Origin: Spirochaetia bacterium
Lineage (GTDB): Bacteria; Spirochaetota; Spirochaetia; UBA9216
Length of the DNA stretch: 64,000 nt
Reading direction: 5' to 3'
Assembly (NCBI GenBank): GCA_963677925.2
Contig: CAXXYH010000003.1
Location: 352,001 to 416,000 of the forward strand
A model generated the notes under the pieces. That model had not been told where the DNA came from and made no database searches. It saw only the letters and a program-made list of their open reading frames with translations. The position numbers and the translations under genes are program-made. Positions 49,407 to 60,181 of the stretch are shown here, piece by piece (the first letter of the stretch is position 1; each line of letters starts with the position of its first letter).

Positions 49407-50984
49407 ATGCATGTAGATATATACGATACAACACTTCGGGACGGCATGCAGGGAATCGAAGTAAGCTTTACTCTGGCTGACAAGATACAGATTGCAAAGT
49501 CACTTGATGATATTAACGTGGACTATATAGAGGGAGGTTTTCCCTTTGCTAATGAAAAGGAAGCTGCATTTTTTGAAGGTGTTAAAAAAGAAAAATTTCA
49601 CCATGCAAAAATTGTAGCCTTCGGATCAACCCGCGGCCCGAAAAACACTGCGGCGGAAGATCCGCATCTGAATGCCCTGCTCTCCGCCGACACTCCTGCG
49701 GTTACAATTGTCGGCAAATCATGGAAGGCTCATGTAACAAAGGTTCTGCACGCCAATGCTGAACAGAATCTTGAGATGATTGTTGATTCAATTGAATACT
49801 GCAAAAAGCATACTGATGAAGTGATTCTTGATCTTGAGCATTTCTTTGACGGATTCAAAGACGACCCGGAGTACTCAATGCTTCTAATGCGGGAGGCTAC
49901 AAAAGCGGGTGCAGACTGCCTTGTTTTATGCGATACAAACGGAGGGACTCTTCCGAATGAAGTATGGAAGATAATAAACGGCATTCCCGTTAAGGAGCTG
50001 GCACGGATTGGTGTACACTACCATGACGACTGCGGTACCGCTGTAGCAAACTCTATAATAAGCCTTGATTTGGGAGCAACCCACATTCAGGGTACTATTA
50101 ATGGCTGGGGAGAACGCTGCGGAAATGCGAACCTCTGTTCCATTACGCCAAATATTGCTTTTAAAACAGATTATAAGATCAACATGGCAAAGAAGCTTCA
50201 GGAGCTTACTTCTCTTTCAAGGTTTGTTGCCGAAAAAGCCAATATCATTCCTGACAAGAGAGCTCCCTATGTTGGAATTGCCGCTTTCAGTCACAAGGCC
50301 GGACAGCATGCCGATGTAATTTCCAAGGCTCCGGAGCTGATGGAGCATCTTGACGGCAGCAAAGTAGGAAATGAAAGAAGAATTCTTCTCTCGGAACTTG
50401 CGGGTAAATCAACTATTGTAAAAAAGATTGCAAAATACGGAGATTTTGATAAAAAATCACCCGAGGTTGTTGATATTATTAACGAACTTAAGAACAGGGA
50501 AAGCAACGGTTATGAATACGAGGCGGCTGAAGCATCCTTCTACCTCCTGGTATGGAAAAAACTTGGTATATACAAGCAGCTTTCGGAGCTGAATAATTAC
50601 CATCTTGAATCTTTCAAGACCGGGGGACTTCCTTCAAAGACGGTCGGCCGTGTATTTCTTGAAACGCTTGATAAAAATGTAATGGGAGCCGGACTCGGCA
50701 TAGGACCTGTAGAGACCCTTGATATGGCTCTAAGGGATGCCCTGAAGCCCTTTTTCCCTTTTATATCTAAAATATCACTTGTAGACTATAAAGTACGCGT
50801 ACTGAACCCTGAACAGGCTTCAGCAGCCAAAGTAAGGGTATTTATCACCTCGTCTGATGTTAATAACAGCTGGGACACCGTTGGAGTTTCAGAGAATATA
50901 GTGGAAGCCTCATGGGAGGCTCTGATTGACAGTTTTGATTATTACTACAACAGATATGTCTGCAAACTGAAAAAAGACTGCTGA
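49407..50984 (+). CDS. cimA: citramalate synthase
   Basis: YDTTLRDGMQG, AFGST, VGKSW, EHFFDG, LCDTNGG, GERCGNANL, SELAGKS, WDTVGVSENIVEASW. Confidence 0.88.
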   Translation: MHVDIYDTTLRDGMQGIEVSFTLADKIQIAKSLDDINVDYIEGGFPFANEKEAAFFEGVKKEKFHHAKIVAFGSTRGPKNTAAEDPHLNALLSADTPAVTIVGKSWKAHVTKVLHANAEQNLEMIVDSIEYCKKHTDEVILDLEHFFDGFKDDPEYSMLLMREATKAGADCLVLCDTNGGTLPNEVWKIINGIPVKELARIGVHYHDDCGTAVANSIISLDLGATHIQGTINGWGERCGNANLCSITPNIAFKTDYKINMAKKLQELTSLSRFVAEKANIIPDKRAPYVGIAAFSHKAGQHADVISKAPELMEHLDGSKVGNERRILLSELAGKSTIVKKIAKYGDFDKKSPEVVDIINELKNRESNGYEYEAAEASFYLLVWKKLGIYKQLSELNNYHLESFKTGGLPSKTVGRVFLETLDKNVMGAGLGIGPVETLDMALRDALKPFFPFISKISLVDYKVRVLNPEQASAAKVRVFITSSDVNNSWDTVGVSENIVEASWEALIDSFDYYYNRYVCKLKKDC

Positions 50985-51006
50985 GCTTTTCAAAGCTGCA
51001 TGATAT

Positions 51007-51046
51007 AAAAAAGCCCCCGTTTGATGAAACAAACGGGGGCTTTTTT
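51007..51046. terminator. bidirectional terminator
   Basis: AAAAAAGCCCCCGTTTG / CAAACGGGGGCTTTTTT. Confidence 0.85.
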
Positions 51047-51060
51047 CTTGTATTCAGCTT

Positions 51061-51825
51061 TTATCTTGTAACCACATCCAGGCTTCCGGTAGAGACTTTT
51101 GCATCAATACTGTAAGCTGCAAAAGAACTCTGGCTCCAGTCGATATCAATCGAACCTGTGGCAACTGATGTATACAGACCTAAATCAAGTCCGTACTCAA
51201 CTCTTACAGTACTGTCACCTGTCACAACAGTCAGCGATTTGTTGCAGGAATCATCAGTGATTGAGACATCGAGGCTTCCGGTAACTACATATACAGTGTG
51301 AAGAATATCTATGTCATCGGAATAAAACTGGCCAGTTGTAACTTCGGCATATTCAAGCTCATAGGCACGGCTTACAGATACTTCACCGGTAGTTACTGTA
51401 ATATCATCGATATATATATCAGCATCAATTTCAACATTACCAGTAGTGTTATCAACTGAGACAATCATACCGACAGGTACATATACGGTAATATCAAACT
51501 GAACATCGGTACCTGGGAGTGACCCGCTGTAAGATTCAATGGTAAGTGTACCGGTATCAGTACTGCTTATTCCTGCTTCATACAGCTGTGATTCATATCT
51601 TGTTTTTATAGTGGCTTCAACAAGCACCTCTGCATCTTCAGTTGTATATACTTTAACGTTTCCGGTGCTGTTTTCCACAATTACCTTATTTGCTGCAGGT
51701 ACCGAGAAACTCTGACTTGTATTCCGGCTGTAATTGAGATCCCAGGCCGGAAAATCAATATAGATATCACAACCGGCAAAAACCAATGCGGTCAGAATTA
51801 TCATTAAAGTTAAAATCTTTTTCAT
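51061..51825 (-). CDS. lipoprotein with DUF4097-like beta-strand repeats
   Basis: Lipobox FAGC; repeated V-x-T-G-x-V/L units. Confidence 0.75.
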   Translation of the reverse strand: MKKILTLMIILTALVFAGCDIYIDFPAWDLNYSRNTSQSFSVPAANKVIVENSTGNVKVYTTEDAEVLVEATIKTRYESQLYEAGISSTDTGTLTIESYSGSLPGTDVQFDITVYVPVGMIVSVDNTTGNVEIDADIYIDDITVTTGEVSVSRAYELEYAEVTTGQFYSDDIDILHTVYVVTGSLDVSITDDSCNKSLTVVTGDSTVRVEYGLDLGLYTSVATGSIDIDWSQSSFAAYSIDAKVSTGSLDVVTR

Positions 51826-51893
51826 ACGATCTCCTTCAGAACGTGTTTAAATTTTAAACACAGCCGAAGCAGAGAACTGTTACTCGAAAGATG

Positions 51894-51930
51894 AAAAAAC
51901 CCCGCTAATAATATTTATATAGCGGGGTTT
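51894..51930 (-). terminator. terminator after the flavoprotein gene
   Basis: AAACCCCGCTA/TAGCGGGGTTT stem; A-run gives a U-tract on the minus strand. Confidence 0.75.
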
Positions 51931-51976
51931 CTGATTAAATCTGCATTGAGCAGATCCAATTTGAATTTATGCGGCC

Positions 51977-53833
51977 CTACTTAGCCAGCCATGTTTCAAT
52001 TTCTCTTACTGCAAGCCTTGCACTTGTCACTGAAAATCCGCTGGCTGCACCATTGGCAATTCTCATATCGTATGTATCACCGTAGAGTCCGCCGGCATCA
52101 AGCCCGATAGCATAGAGCCCCGGAACCTTTTCACCTGATTTGTTGATAACTTCAAGGTTCTCTGTAACTCTTGCTCCGCCGACAGTGGCATACATTCCCA
52201 GAATTACTCTTACAGCATAGTAAGGAGCCTTCTCAATGGAATATAGAGCCCTTTCTTCAAGATAGAATTCCGGATCTACTCCATCAGCAGTGTATCTGTT
52301 CATATTTGCAACACTTTTTTTTAGGTTTTCAAGATTCATACCAGTCTGAGCAGACAGATCTTCAAGTGTTTCTGCCTTGAACATCCAGTCGTTATTTTCA
52401 GCAAGTGCTTTATCGAGACCTTCCTGAAGTCCCGGAAGCTGTCCCGGGAAACCGAATCCGAAGCGCTGACCTTTGGTCTTGAACTCATCTAGGGTTTTCT
52501 GGTCGAAGATTACATATGCGGTACCGCCGATCTGCTCGGTAGCATTTGAACGGAATTCGATAGGCAGTCTTTCATTCATGTACCTTTCACCCTGCTGAGA
52601 GAGTGTCATAAGACCTTCGTTGTATATAACTCCGAGAATTCCGGGATATTTAGTATCTGGGCCCATCTGCTGACTGATAGGTATCGGCATTACAAGACCG
52701 GCGCCGAGAACAGCAGTCATTCCGACAAGCTGTGCATCTACCTGCTCAAGCATTTTGATGCCGTCCCCTTCACGTCCGCCTGCTCCGATATTCAGATAGC
52801 CCGGAAACCTGAGGTACTTCTCTTTCATTTCTTCATTACTTGAAAAACCGCCTGAAGCAAGAATTACTGCACCTGCATTTATTTCAAGCCTTGTTCCGTC
52901 ACCTTTTTCAGCCACAACTCCGCAAACTTCTCCATCTTTGATAATGAGTTCTCTTCCCGGAGTTTCATAAAGGATTTCACCATTGCTGCTGTTTTCAATT
53001 CTTTCAGTAATATTGTTTACAGCAAGACGGCCGGCCTGACCTCCGTCAAACAGATGCCATGCAGGGTAACCGTCCGGCGGATTTGCTGTAATAACACCTC
53101 GAAACTTAACACCACGGTCCATAAGCCATTCAATTGAATCGCCGGTATTTTCGTAAAAAGCCTTAAGCAGTTTTGCATTTGCAAGCCAGTGGTGAAATTC
53201 CTCAGACTGCTTAAAAATCTTTTCAACTGTCATCTCAATTCCGGCTTCTTTCTGAAGCGGACTGTTCATACCGAAAGTACCTTCAGCATAATTAAACCCG
53301 CCTCCGGTGTATGAAAGCTTTTCGAGAAGTACAACATTATAACCTGCTTCAACAGCAGCCAGAGTCGCAGTAAGGCCTGCCCCTCCTGCACCGATGACAA
53401 CAATATCGCAGTCACGGGTTTCAGTAGATACTGATTTTGCCCGGCCGGTCATATCAGCCATTTTTTCAGGATCTCCCCCTGCCATAACAACTGCTGCTGC
53501 TACAGCATCAATTATTGCCTGGCTTGCAACAGTAGCTCCTGAAACAGTATCAACCTTGACAGTCTGCTGCTTTACGATTGTTTCAGGCATAAGCGCTACA
53601 GCCTTGTCTGCAACACCTTCAGTTTCTGAGTTTTCAAGAACCGTTACCGAGATTATCTCTGATTCACTGAAAATAACTTCGACCTTTACTTTTCCATTAT
53701 GCCCGTCTGCTTCAGTAACATAAGTTCCGGGAGTATACTTTTCTTTTGAGCTGCTTACACATGACACAAGGCCTGTGATTACGATGGCAGCAATAAAGAA
53801 CAGAATACCTGCCTTTTTGATAGCTTTTCTCAT
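51977..53833 (-). CDS. lipoprotein with FMN-binding domain and FAD-dependent flavocytochrome-c/fumarate-reductase-superfamily domain
   Basis: Lipobox LVSC; GHNG...DTVSGAT flavinylation motif; VVIGAGGAG, ILASGGF, GERYMNE, PYYA, PGLYAIG. Confidence 0.88.
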   Translation of the reverse strand: MRKAIKKAGILFFIAAIVITGLVSCVSSSKEKYTPGTYVTEADGHNGKVKVEVIFSESEIISVTVLENSETEGVADKAVALMPETIVKQQTVKVDTVSGATVASQAIIDAVAAAVVMAGGDPEKMADMTGRAKSVSTETRDCDIVVIGAGGAGLTATLAAVEAGYNVVLLEKLSYTGGGFNYAEGTFGMNSPLQKEAGIEMTVEKIFKQSEEFHHWLANAKLLKAFYENTGDSIEWLMDRGVKFRGVITANPPDGYPAWHLFDGGQAGRLAVNNITERIENSSNGEILYETPGRELIIKDGEVCGVVAEKGDGTRLEINAGAVILASGGFSSNEEMKEKYLRFPGYLNIGAGGREGDGIKMLEQVDAQLVGMTAVLGAGLVMPIPISQQMGPDTKYPGILGVIYNEGLMTLSQQGERYMNERLPIEFRSNATEQIGGTAYVIFDQKTLDEFKTKGQRFGFGFPGQLPGLQEGLDKALAENNDWMFKAETLEDLSAQTGMNLENLKKSVANMNRYTADGVDPEFYLEERALYSIEKAPYYAVRVILGMYATVGGARVTENLEVINKSGEKVPGLYAIGLDAGGLYGDTYDMRIANGAASGFSVTSARLAVREIETWLAK

Positions 53834-53862
53834 GAAATTCTCCTGTATCTGAATTTATGAGT

Positions 53863-53893
53863 ATTCTAAAGCTTCAAGCTACTTGAAGGTCAA
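53863..53893 (-). promoter_or_regulatory. MerR-type promoter/operator
   Basis: Minus strand TTGACC-19 nt-TAGAAT with the dyad CTTCAAG-N3-CTTGAAG (53872-53888) across the spacer. Confidence 0.85.
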
Positions 53894-53903
53894 GATATAA
53901 TTA

Positions 53904-54737
53904 TTATTTTATCGGTAAATATATAACGTATAGATAGGCAGGCTCTTTTTCGCTATGCTCTATACCCAGAAAATGCCCGTAAAGCTCGTTTGGTATGGCA
54001 GATTCAGGATTCCCCAGGACTGCCAGAATTTGCTGGATTTCAGGTTGAGTAAAAAAACTGGCGGTTGACCTTCTAACGGCTGTCATAAGACATTTCCGAG
54101 GCTTGTAATATTGAACTGGAGCAGAAACATTAAGACGATATTTATCGGCTAAATCTTCAGATACTGAAAATCCCCAGTTTCCAATATCCCCTTCCTGCAT
54201 AGCTTTGGGGGAACAATCTATTCGAACGGAATATTTAATAAAAGGAAGATGCTCCATCCATTGTTTTACAATAGTTTTTATTCCGGAATTTATTTTCAAT
54301 TTTCCCTCGGCAATATTACCGATGAAATAATATCCCGGATTATCAATTACCCTAGTCATGCCCTGAAGCGAAGCAGCAATTTCACATAATTCTATATATG
54401 AATCAAGCGCTTTTTGTACTGCTTTAAGTTTTGCTATCTCTTTTTCAAGAGTTTCGGATTGAGTTTTAAGGATTTCTAAATTCCGATCATGTGTATTTGT
54501 TGTAACCATACCGCTGATTTCTTCAAGTTTGAGATCATAACTTCGGTACATTCTTGACATTAGAATATTGCAGGATTGAGCTGGTGTGAAGACCCTGTAA
54601 TTATTTTCAATATTCTTTTCCGGTGAGATGATTCCATGCGTTTCATAGAATCTGAGAGTTGAAGAAGGTGTACCGATCAGACTGGATATCTCTCCTATCT
54701 GAATTTTATCTTCTTTGTTTACACCTTCTTCACTCAT
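53904..54737 (-). CDS. MerR-family transcriptional regulator with C-terminal effector domain
   Basis: IGEIS...TLRFYETHGII...NNYRVF HTH, coiled coil, C-terminal domain; ATG 54737 lies 7 nt after the carB stop. Confidence 0.88.
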   Translation of the reverse strand: MSEEGVNKEDKIQIGEISSLIGTPSSTLRFYETHGIISPEKNIENNYRVFTPAQSCNILMSRMYRSYDLKLEEISGMVTTNTHDRNLEILKTQSETLEKEIAKLKAVQKALDSYIELCEIAASLQGMTRVIDNPGYYFIGNIAEGKLKINSGIKTIVKQWMEHLPFIKYSVRIDCSPKAMQEGDIGNWGFSVSEDLADKYRLNVSAPVQYYKPRKCLMTAVRRSTASFFTQPEIQQILAVLGNPESAIPNELYGHFLGIEHSEKEPAYLYVIYLPIK

Positions 54738-54744
54738 ATTATCT

Positions 54745-57700
54745 TTATAACGCGCGTACTTCCGCTTTTTCTTCAAGCAGGTATTTTATACCTACTGCTG
54801 CAGCCTGCGCCGCTGAAGTAGTAGTGGTGTACGGGATTTTACTCCTGACAGCTTCGATTCTGATTTCATGGTCACCCTTCTGAGAAAAGCGTCCCAGCGG
54901 TGTATTCACCAGAAGACTTATTCGTCCGGCACGCATGTGATCCACAACATTCGGTCTTCCGTCATGAACTTTAAGGACTACCTCAGGGAATATGCCGTTT
55001 GAAAAAAGAAATTCTGCGGTTCCCCTGGTTGCTGCGAACTCAAAACCAAGCTCATCAAGCTGTTTAACTATTGGTAGCATGGTTTCCTTGTCTCTGTCGT
55101 GAACAGAAACGAAGACCTTTCCGTCGGAAGGTTTTGGAAGATATACAGAGGCTGCGGCGCTTGCCTTTGCAAAGGCTTCTCCGAAGGTCTCTCCGGTACC
55201 GATAACCTCACCGGTACTTTTCATCTCCGGGCCCAGAAGCGGATCAAGGTCTGCAAATCGGTCAAATGAGAAAACAGCTTCCTTGACAGCCCAGCCTGTA
55301 CGGCACTGACCGATTCCGGTTCCGTTTACTGTGAGCCCCTGTTTTTCAAGATCTATCCCCTTCCAAACCTTGACCGCGGTATCGATAAGATCAACACCTG
55401 AAGCCTTGGAAAGAAAAGGAATTGTACGGGAAGCTCTGGGATTGACCTCCAGAATATACAGGACACCGTCTTTAAGAGCAAACTGGATATTAAGAAAGCC
55501 TTTAACGCCAAGTTCCCGGCCGATTTTATATGCAGCCTGAACCATCTCTTCCTCTGCTTTTTTCTCAGTTTTAAACGGAGGAAAGACACAGGCGGAATCA
55601 CCTGAATGAACTCCTGCTGCTTCTATATGCTGCATTATACCGGCTATGTAGACATTGCTGCCGTCAGAGATTGCGTCCACGTCATACTCAAATGCATCTT
55701 CAAGAAACTGGTCAACAAGAACCGGACGTTCCTTCGACATTTCAATACCTTTCAATAGAAACTCGGCAAGCTCTTCACGTTTGTAGGCAACAAACATGCT
55801 GCGTCCGCCCAGAACAAAGGACGGCCGAAGGAGTACAGGAAAACCGATTTCTTCTGAATATTTAAGAACCTCGTCCGCATTTGCGGCCATTCTGTTATTC
55901 GGCTGAGTGAGGTTTAGTTTCTTCATGAGATTGGAGAAAAGCCCACGGTCTTCAACATCATAGATACTGTCAACTGAGGTTCCTACAATCTCTGCTCCTG
56001 AAGCTTCAAGCTCCCTGGCAATGTTGAGAGGAATCTGACCTCCAAGCTGAACAACAACCTTCTTTGTCTTTTCCTTTTTCATTATCTCATGAACATATTC
56101 GTAATTCAGAGGTTCAATATAGAGCCTGTCGGAAACATTGAAGTCTGTTGAAACTGTCTCAGGGTTTGAGTTCACAAGTATTGTTTTTGTTCCCTGATTC
56201 TGATATGCCAGTGAAGCCAGAGTACATGAGGTATCGAATTCAAGGCCCTGCCCTATACGGTTCGGACCGCTTCCAAGGATTATAACTGAATCCTCATCTA
56301 GAGGTTCACCTTCATCGACCTCACCATAGGTTGAGTAGAAATAAGGTGTATTTGCAGAAAATTCCCCGGCACATGTATCTACGAAGTGGTATACGGCATT
56401 TATACCGTTTTCAGAACGCATTGCAGAAATCTCTTCTTCGGTATTTCCGGAGATCTTTGCAATCCGCTTATCTGATATACCATAGCGTTTAGCTTCAAGA
56501 AGGTTGTCATTATTAACTCCTTCTTTACCGATTTTTTCTTCAAGTTCTATCTGTTCGAGCATCTGGTAAAGAAACCAGCGATCAAAACCGGTTGTTTTTT
56601 CAATTTTCGGTATAGCACGTGCGCCTTCCCTGCAGAGAACTGTATAGATTGCAAAAATCCTGAGCGGATGCTGTTTTTCAAGCATCTCATCAAGTCCGTT
56701 GTAACCCATATCAAGCATCCGCAGACCGTCGTAGCCCATCTCAGCTGAGCGGAGAGCCTTGTTCAGAGTTTCCATGAAGGTACGTCCGAGCGCAAGCGAT
56801 TCGCCGACAGATTTCATCTGGGTTCCCAGACTCTTGTATCCCGTAGGAAATTTTTCCAGTTCAAATCTTGGAACCTTTACAGCGCAATAGTCCAGTGTCG
56901 GTTCAAAGCAGGATACGGTTTTTCCGGTTATCTCGTTAATTATTTCATCCATAGTGTAGCCGACTGCAAGTTTTGCTGAACAGCGTGCAATAGGAAAACC
57001 GGTAGCCTTACTGGCAAGAGCCGAAGAACGGGAAACACGGGGATTCATTTCTATGATTATCATTCTTCCGGTTTCGGGATTTACAGCAAATTGTACGTTT
57101 GAACCTCCGCAGTCAACTCCGATTGCCCTGAGTGTTTCAATTGATGCAGTACGCATCTTCTGGTATTCACGGTCTGAGAGTGTCTGAATAGGAGCTACTG
57201 TTATACTGTCACCTGTATGAACCCCCATCGGGTCGATATTTTCAATTGAACAGATAATTACAGCATTATCAGCCTTGTCACGCATTACCTCGAGCTCGAA
57301 TTCCTTCCAGCCGATTAATGATTCTTCAATAAGAACCTGATGAACAGGGCTTTCACGCAGTGCTTTTTCAAGAAGACCTTCAAAATCTTCTTTCTTCTCG
57401 GCAATTGCTCCACCGCGTCCGCCGAGAGTAAAACTGGGCCGCAGTATAAGCGGAAAGCCTGTTTCCTCTGCAAACTTCTTGCCGTCTGCTATGGTTTTTA
57501 CCGTTGCAGATTTTGGTGTATCAAGACCGATGGCGTTGACTGTTTCCTTGAAAAGCTGCCTGTCCTCGGCAAGTTCAATTGCCCGGACACCGGCTCCAAT
57601 CAGTTCAACATTATATTTTTTAAGTATCCCGAGCTTTTCAAGTTCCAGGGTAAGGTTAAGCGCTGTCTGGCCGCCCATTGTAGGAAGCAGAGCATCGGGT

Positions 57701-57945
57701 TTTTCCTTTTTGATTATCTCTTCCATGTAAACCGGTTCAAGAGGCTCCATGTAGACAACATCAGCAATTCCGGGAGTTGTCATTACGGTTGCAGGATTAG
57801 GATTTGCAAGGACTACCTTGTATCCCTCTTCCTTCAGAGCCTTTACAGCCTGCGTACCTGAATAATCAAACTCACAGGCCTGCCCTATTACTATAGGACC
57901 GGATCCAATAATAAGAATGGTTTTTATATCTTTTCTAGCCGGCAT
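54745..57945 (-). CDS. carB: carbamoyl-phosphate synthase large subunit
   Basis: [18 protein letters not shown], duplicated ATP-grasp domains, MKSTGEV, MGS domain. Confidence 0.98.
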   Translation of the reverse strand: MPARKDIKTILIIGSGPIVIGQACEFDYSGTQAVKALKEEGYKVVLANPNPATVMTTPGIADVVYMEPLEPVYMEEIIKKEKPDALLPTMGGQTALNLTLELEKLGILKKYNVELIGAGVRAIELAEDRQLFKETVNAIGLDTPKSATVKTIADGKKFAEETGFPLILRPSFTLGGRGGAIAEKKEDFEGLLEKALRESPVHQVLIEESLIGWKEFELEVMRDKADNAVIICSIENIDPMGVHTGDSITVAPIQTLSDREYQKMRTASIETLRAIGVDCGGSNVQFAVNPETGRMIIIEMNPRVSRSSALASKATGFPIARCSAKLAVGYTMDEIINEITGKTVSCFEPTLDYCAVKVPRFELEKFPTGYKSLGTQMKSVGESLALGRTFMETLNKALRSAEMGYDGLRMLDMGYNGLDEMLEKQHPLRIFAIYTVLCREGARAIPKIEKTTGFDRWFLYQMLEQIELEEKIGKEGVNNDNLLEAKRYGISDKRIAKISGNTEEEISAMRSENGINAVYHFVDTCAGEFSANTPYFYSTYGEVDEGEPLDEDSVIILGSGPNRIGQGLEFDTSCTLASLAYQNQGTKTILVNSNPETVSTDFNVSDRLYIEPLNYEYVHEIMKKEKTKKVVVQLGGQIPLNIARELEASGAEIVGTSVDSIYDVEDRGLFSNLMKKLNLTQPNNRMAANADEVLKYSEEIGFPVLLRPSFVLGGRSMFVAYKREELAEFLLKGIEMSKERPVLVDQFLEDAFEYDVDAISDGSNVYIAGIMQHIEAAGVHSGDSACVFPPFKTEKKAEEEMVQAAYKIGRELGVKGFLNIQFALKDGVLYILEVNPRASRTIPFLSKASGVDLIDTAVKVWKGIDLEKQGLTVNGTGIGQCRTGWAVKEAVFSFDRFADLDPLLGPEMKSTGEVIGTGETFGEAFAKASAAASVYLPKPSDGKVFVSVHDRDKETMLPIVKQLDELGFEFAATRGTAEFLFSNGIFPEVVLKVHDGRPNVVDHMRAGRISLLVNTPLGRFSQKGDHEIRIEAVRSKIPYTTTTSAAQAAAVGIKYLLEEKAEVRAL

Positions 57946-57956
57946 CTGAAACTCCT

Positions 57957-59078
57957 TTAAGCCTTTGCCATCTCAACGTATTTATCAAATATCCAGGAAG
58001 TATCCTCAGGTCCCGGTGCAGCTTCAGGATGAAACTGTACGCAGGCAATATTTCTTTTCTGATTGATAATTCCCTCTACTGTTTTATCGTTTGCATTCAT
58101 GAACCATATGTCGGTACCTTCCGGAAGTGATTCCGGTTTCACAGCAAACCCGTGGTTCTGACTTGTAACAAAAACCCTTCCCGTGAGCTCGTCGCGTACA
58201 GGGTTGTTTATACCGTGATGGCCGAATTTCATTTTGTAGGTTTCTGCACCAAGAGCAAGAGATATAAGCTGATGCCCCAGACAGATTCCGCATACCGGAA
58301 GCTTGTCAAATAGGCCCTGAACCAGTTTAATCTGGTCCTTTAGAACTGCGGGGTCACCGGGCCCATTGGAGAAAAGTACAGCGTCGGTTTTAGCTGAAAG
58401 TATTTCCTCTGCACTTGCCGTTGAAGGAAAAAGTTCAACGGTGACACCGCGTGAAGTAAGTTCCCTGATGATATTGGATTTTATTCCGCAGTCAACTACG
58501 GCAAACTTTAGTTTCTGACCGGCGTTAATTGTAAGTCGTTCACTTGTACCGACATCGCCTATCAGATTCTGTCCCTGCATATCAGGCATAGACTTGAGTG
58601 CTGCAACTGCTTTTTCTATGGCAGCCTTATCATCGGTACCGTCTGTTTTTATAATACAGCCTTTTAAGCTTCCGCCTTCACGCAGTTTCAGTGTCAGAGC
58701 CCTTGTATCGATATCGCTTATAGCTGATATATTATTAGCTTTGAAATAATCGTCGATGCTGCCGCGGCTTCCGGGAACCGACCCGCGGTATACAGATCTG
58801 ACTACAAAGCCGCGAATCTTTACCGGGTTTCGCTCTTTACCCTCAGGTCCGCTTTCGGACCATTCTTCATCAATGCCGTAATTCCCGATATGCGGATATG
58901 TCATCATTACAATTTGACCTGTATATGATGGATCGGTAAATATCTCATGATATCCGCTCATTCCGGTGTTAAAAACAACTTCACCCTCTGAAAGCTGTCC
59001 GGGATCAGCACCGAAGCACCTGCCGGGAAAAGCTGTTCCGTCTTCTAATACAAGATATCCGTTTCTGTTCATAGTCAT
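57957..59078 (-). CDS. carA: carbamoyl-phosphate synthase small subunit
   Basis: GEVVFNT, TDPSY, SNGPGDP, GICLGHQ, QFHPEA. Confidence 0.98.
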   Translation of the reverse strand: MTMNRNGYLVLEDGTAFPGRCFGADPGQLSEGEVVFNTGMSGYHEIFTDPSYTGQIVMMTYPHIGNYGIDEEWSESGPEGKERNPVKIRGFVVRSVYRGSVPGSRGSIDDYFKANNISAISDIDTRALTLKLREGGSLKGCIIKTDGTDDKAAIEKAVAALKSMPDMQGQNLIGDVGTSERLTINAGQKLKFAVVDCGIKSNIIRELTSRGVTVELFPSTASAEEILSAKTDAVLFSNGPGDPAVLKDQIKLVQGLFDKLPVCGICLGHQLISLALGAETYKMKFGHHGINNPVRDELTGRVFVTSQNHGFAVKPESLPEGTDIWFMNANDKTVEGIINQKRNIACVQFHPEAAPGPEDTSWIFDKYVEMAKA

Positions 59079-59084
59079 AATCCT

Positions 59085-59123
59085 GATTTATAAATATACA
59101 TAAATAATGTATATTTATACATT
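59085..59123. promoter_or_regulatory. two tandem ARG boxes (putative ArgR operator)
   Basis: GATTTATAAATATACATA (59085-59102), 3-bp spacer, AATGTATATTTATACATT (59106-59123), directly upstream of carA. Confidence 0.75.
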
Positions 59124-59130
59124 GCTCTTT

Positions 59131-59161
59131 AAAAAAATACCGGCAAACAAAGCCGGTTTTT
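59131..59161 (-). terminator. terminator after tRNA-Glu
   Basis: ACCGGC/GCCGGT stem flanked by A and T runs. Confidence 0.65.
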
Positions 59162-59232
59162 AGTCCCTAGGGGAATCGAACCCCTCTTTGAAGAATGAGA
59201 ATCTCCTGTCCTAGCCGATAGACGAAGGGACC
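59161..59232 (-). tRNA. tRNA-Glu(CTC)
   Basis: Reverse complement GGTCCCT...GGAGA-TTCTCAT-TCTTC...GGTTCGATTCC...AGGGACTA. Confidence 0.93.
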
Positions 59233-59392
59233 GAAAAATCCTTAGGATTTTTTTGAAGTTTCCTATGGAAACGTCAATAAATTATCCGGAAGTTTGTTAA
59301 ACAAACTTTAAGCAAAAGCTGCAAAACAAAGGAATTAAAAAAGTTCTTTAAAAGAACTTCAAGAAATGAGCTGCATTGCAGCTCATTTCCGA

Positions 59393-59463
59393 CTGCCCGA
59401 GAAGGACTCGAACCCTCACAAACGGAACCAGAATCCGTCGTGCTACCATTACACAATCGGGCA
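59393..59463 (-). tRNA. tRNA-Gln(CTG)
   Basis: Reverse complement TGCCCGA...ACGGA-TTCTGGT-TCCGT...GGTTCGAGTCC...TCGGGCAG; upstream TTGACA-17 nt-TAGATT. Confidence 0.95.
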
Positions 59464-59508
59464 ATTTATGTTGCCATAATCTACTAAAATTGATAGTTAG
59501 TGTCAATA

Positions 59509-60042
59509 CTATTCGCTATGGTAATTTATTAAGGTTGTTATATTTATTCCCTCAAGTACCTTTTCATAATTAAGAAACGGCAGCCCTACTACTCCGAAGG
59601 CATCATTCACCTTTGCGCCGGCCTCTTCAAGCAGTTCTGCGGCAGCTTTCAGAGTACCCCCAGTTGCAATCAGGTCATCAACAAGCAGAACATTACTGCC
59701 GGGGACAACATCAGATTTATGAATTTGTATAGAGTCTTCACCGTATTCCAACGCGTAAGTTTTGGTCAGAGTCTCTCCCGGCAGCTTTCCTTTTTTTCTT
59801 ATCAGAATTAAAGGAATTCCCAGCTTCTCACAGAATGGAGCTGCAAATAAAAAACCTCTGGCTTCGGCTGCTGCAACAGCATCAATTTTCTTATTTTTAT
59901 ACAGGGTCACCATACTATCAATACAATGTCTGAAAGCCATGGGATTTGTAAGAATACTGGTGATATCGTAAAACAGAATTCCCTCATGAGGAAAATCAGG
60001 AACCTTTCTGATAGCATCATCAAGAATAAATTCTTTACTCAT
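59509..60042 (-). CDS. apt: adenine phosphoribosyltransferase
   Basis: PDFP...FYDIT, EARGF, RKKGKLP, LEYG, VDDLIATGGT. Confidence 0.96.
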   Translation of the reverse strand: MSKEFILDDAIRKVPDFPHEGILFYDITSILTNPMAFRHCIDSMVTLYKNKKIDAVAAAEARGFLFAAPFCEKLGIPLILIRKKGKLPGETLTKTYALEYGEDSIQIHKSDVVPGSNVLLVDDLIATGGTLKAAAELLEEAGAKVNDAFGVVGLPFLNYEKVLEGINITTLINYHSE

Positions 60043-60181
60043 AGTATTTCCTTAATTTAAAAATCAGCCTAATTATTAGTTACCCGCTCCTTATTGTCAA
60101 CAGTTTAAACCGTATGTAAACTGCTCTTAATAATTATTTTTTCAGCTTGATCTTTGACCTGCACTCATCTATGATTTTTCA

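Noticed and set aside
59274-59573. Short ORFs overlapping tRNA-Gln (also 32124-32393)
   Set aside because: Spurious translations across tRNA genes
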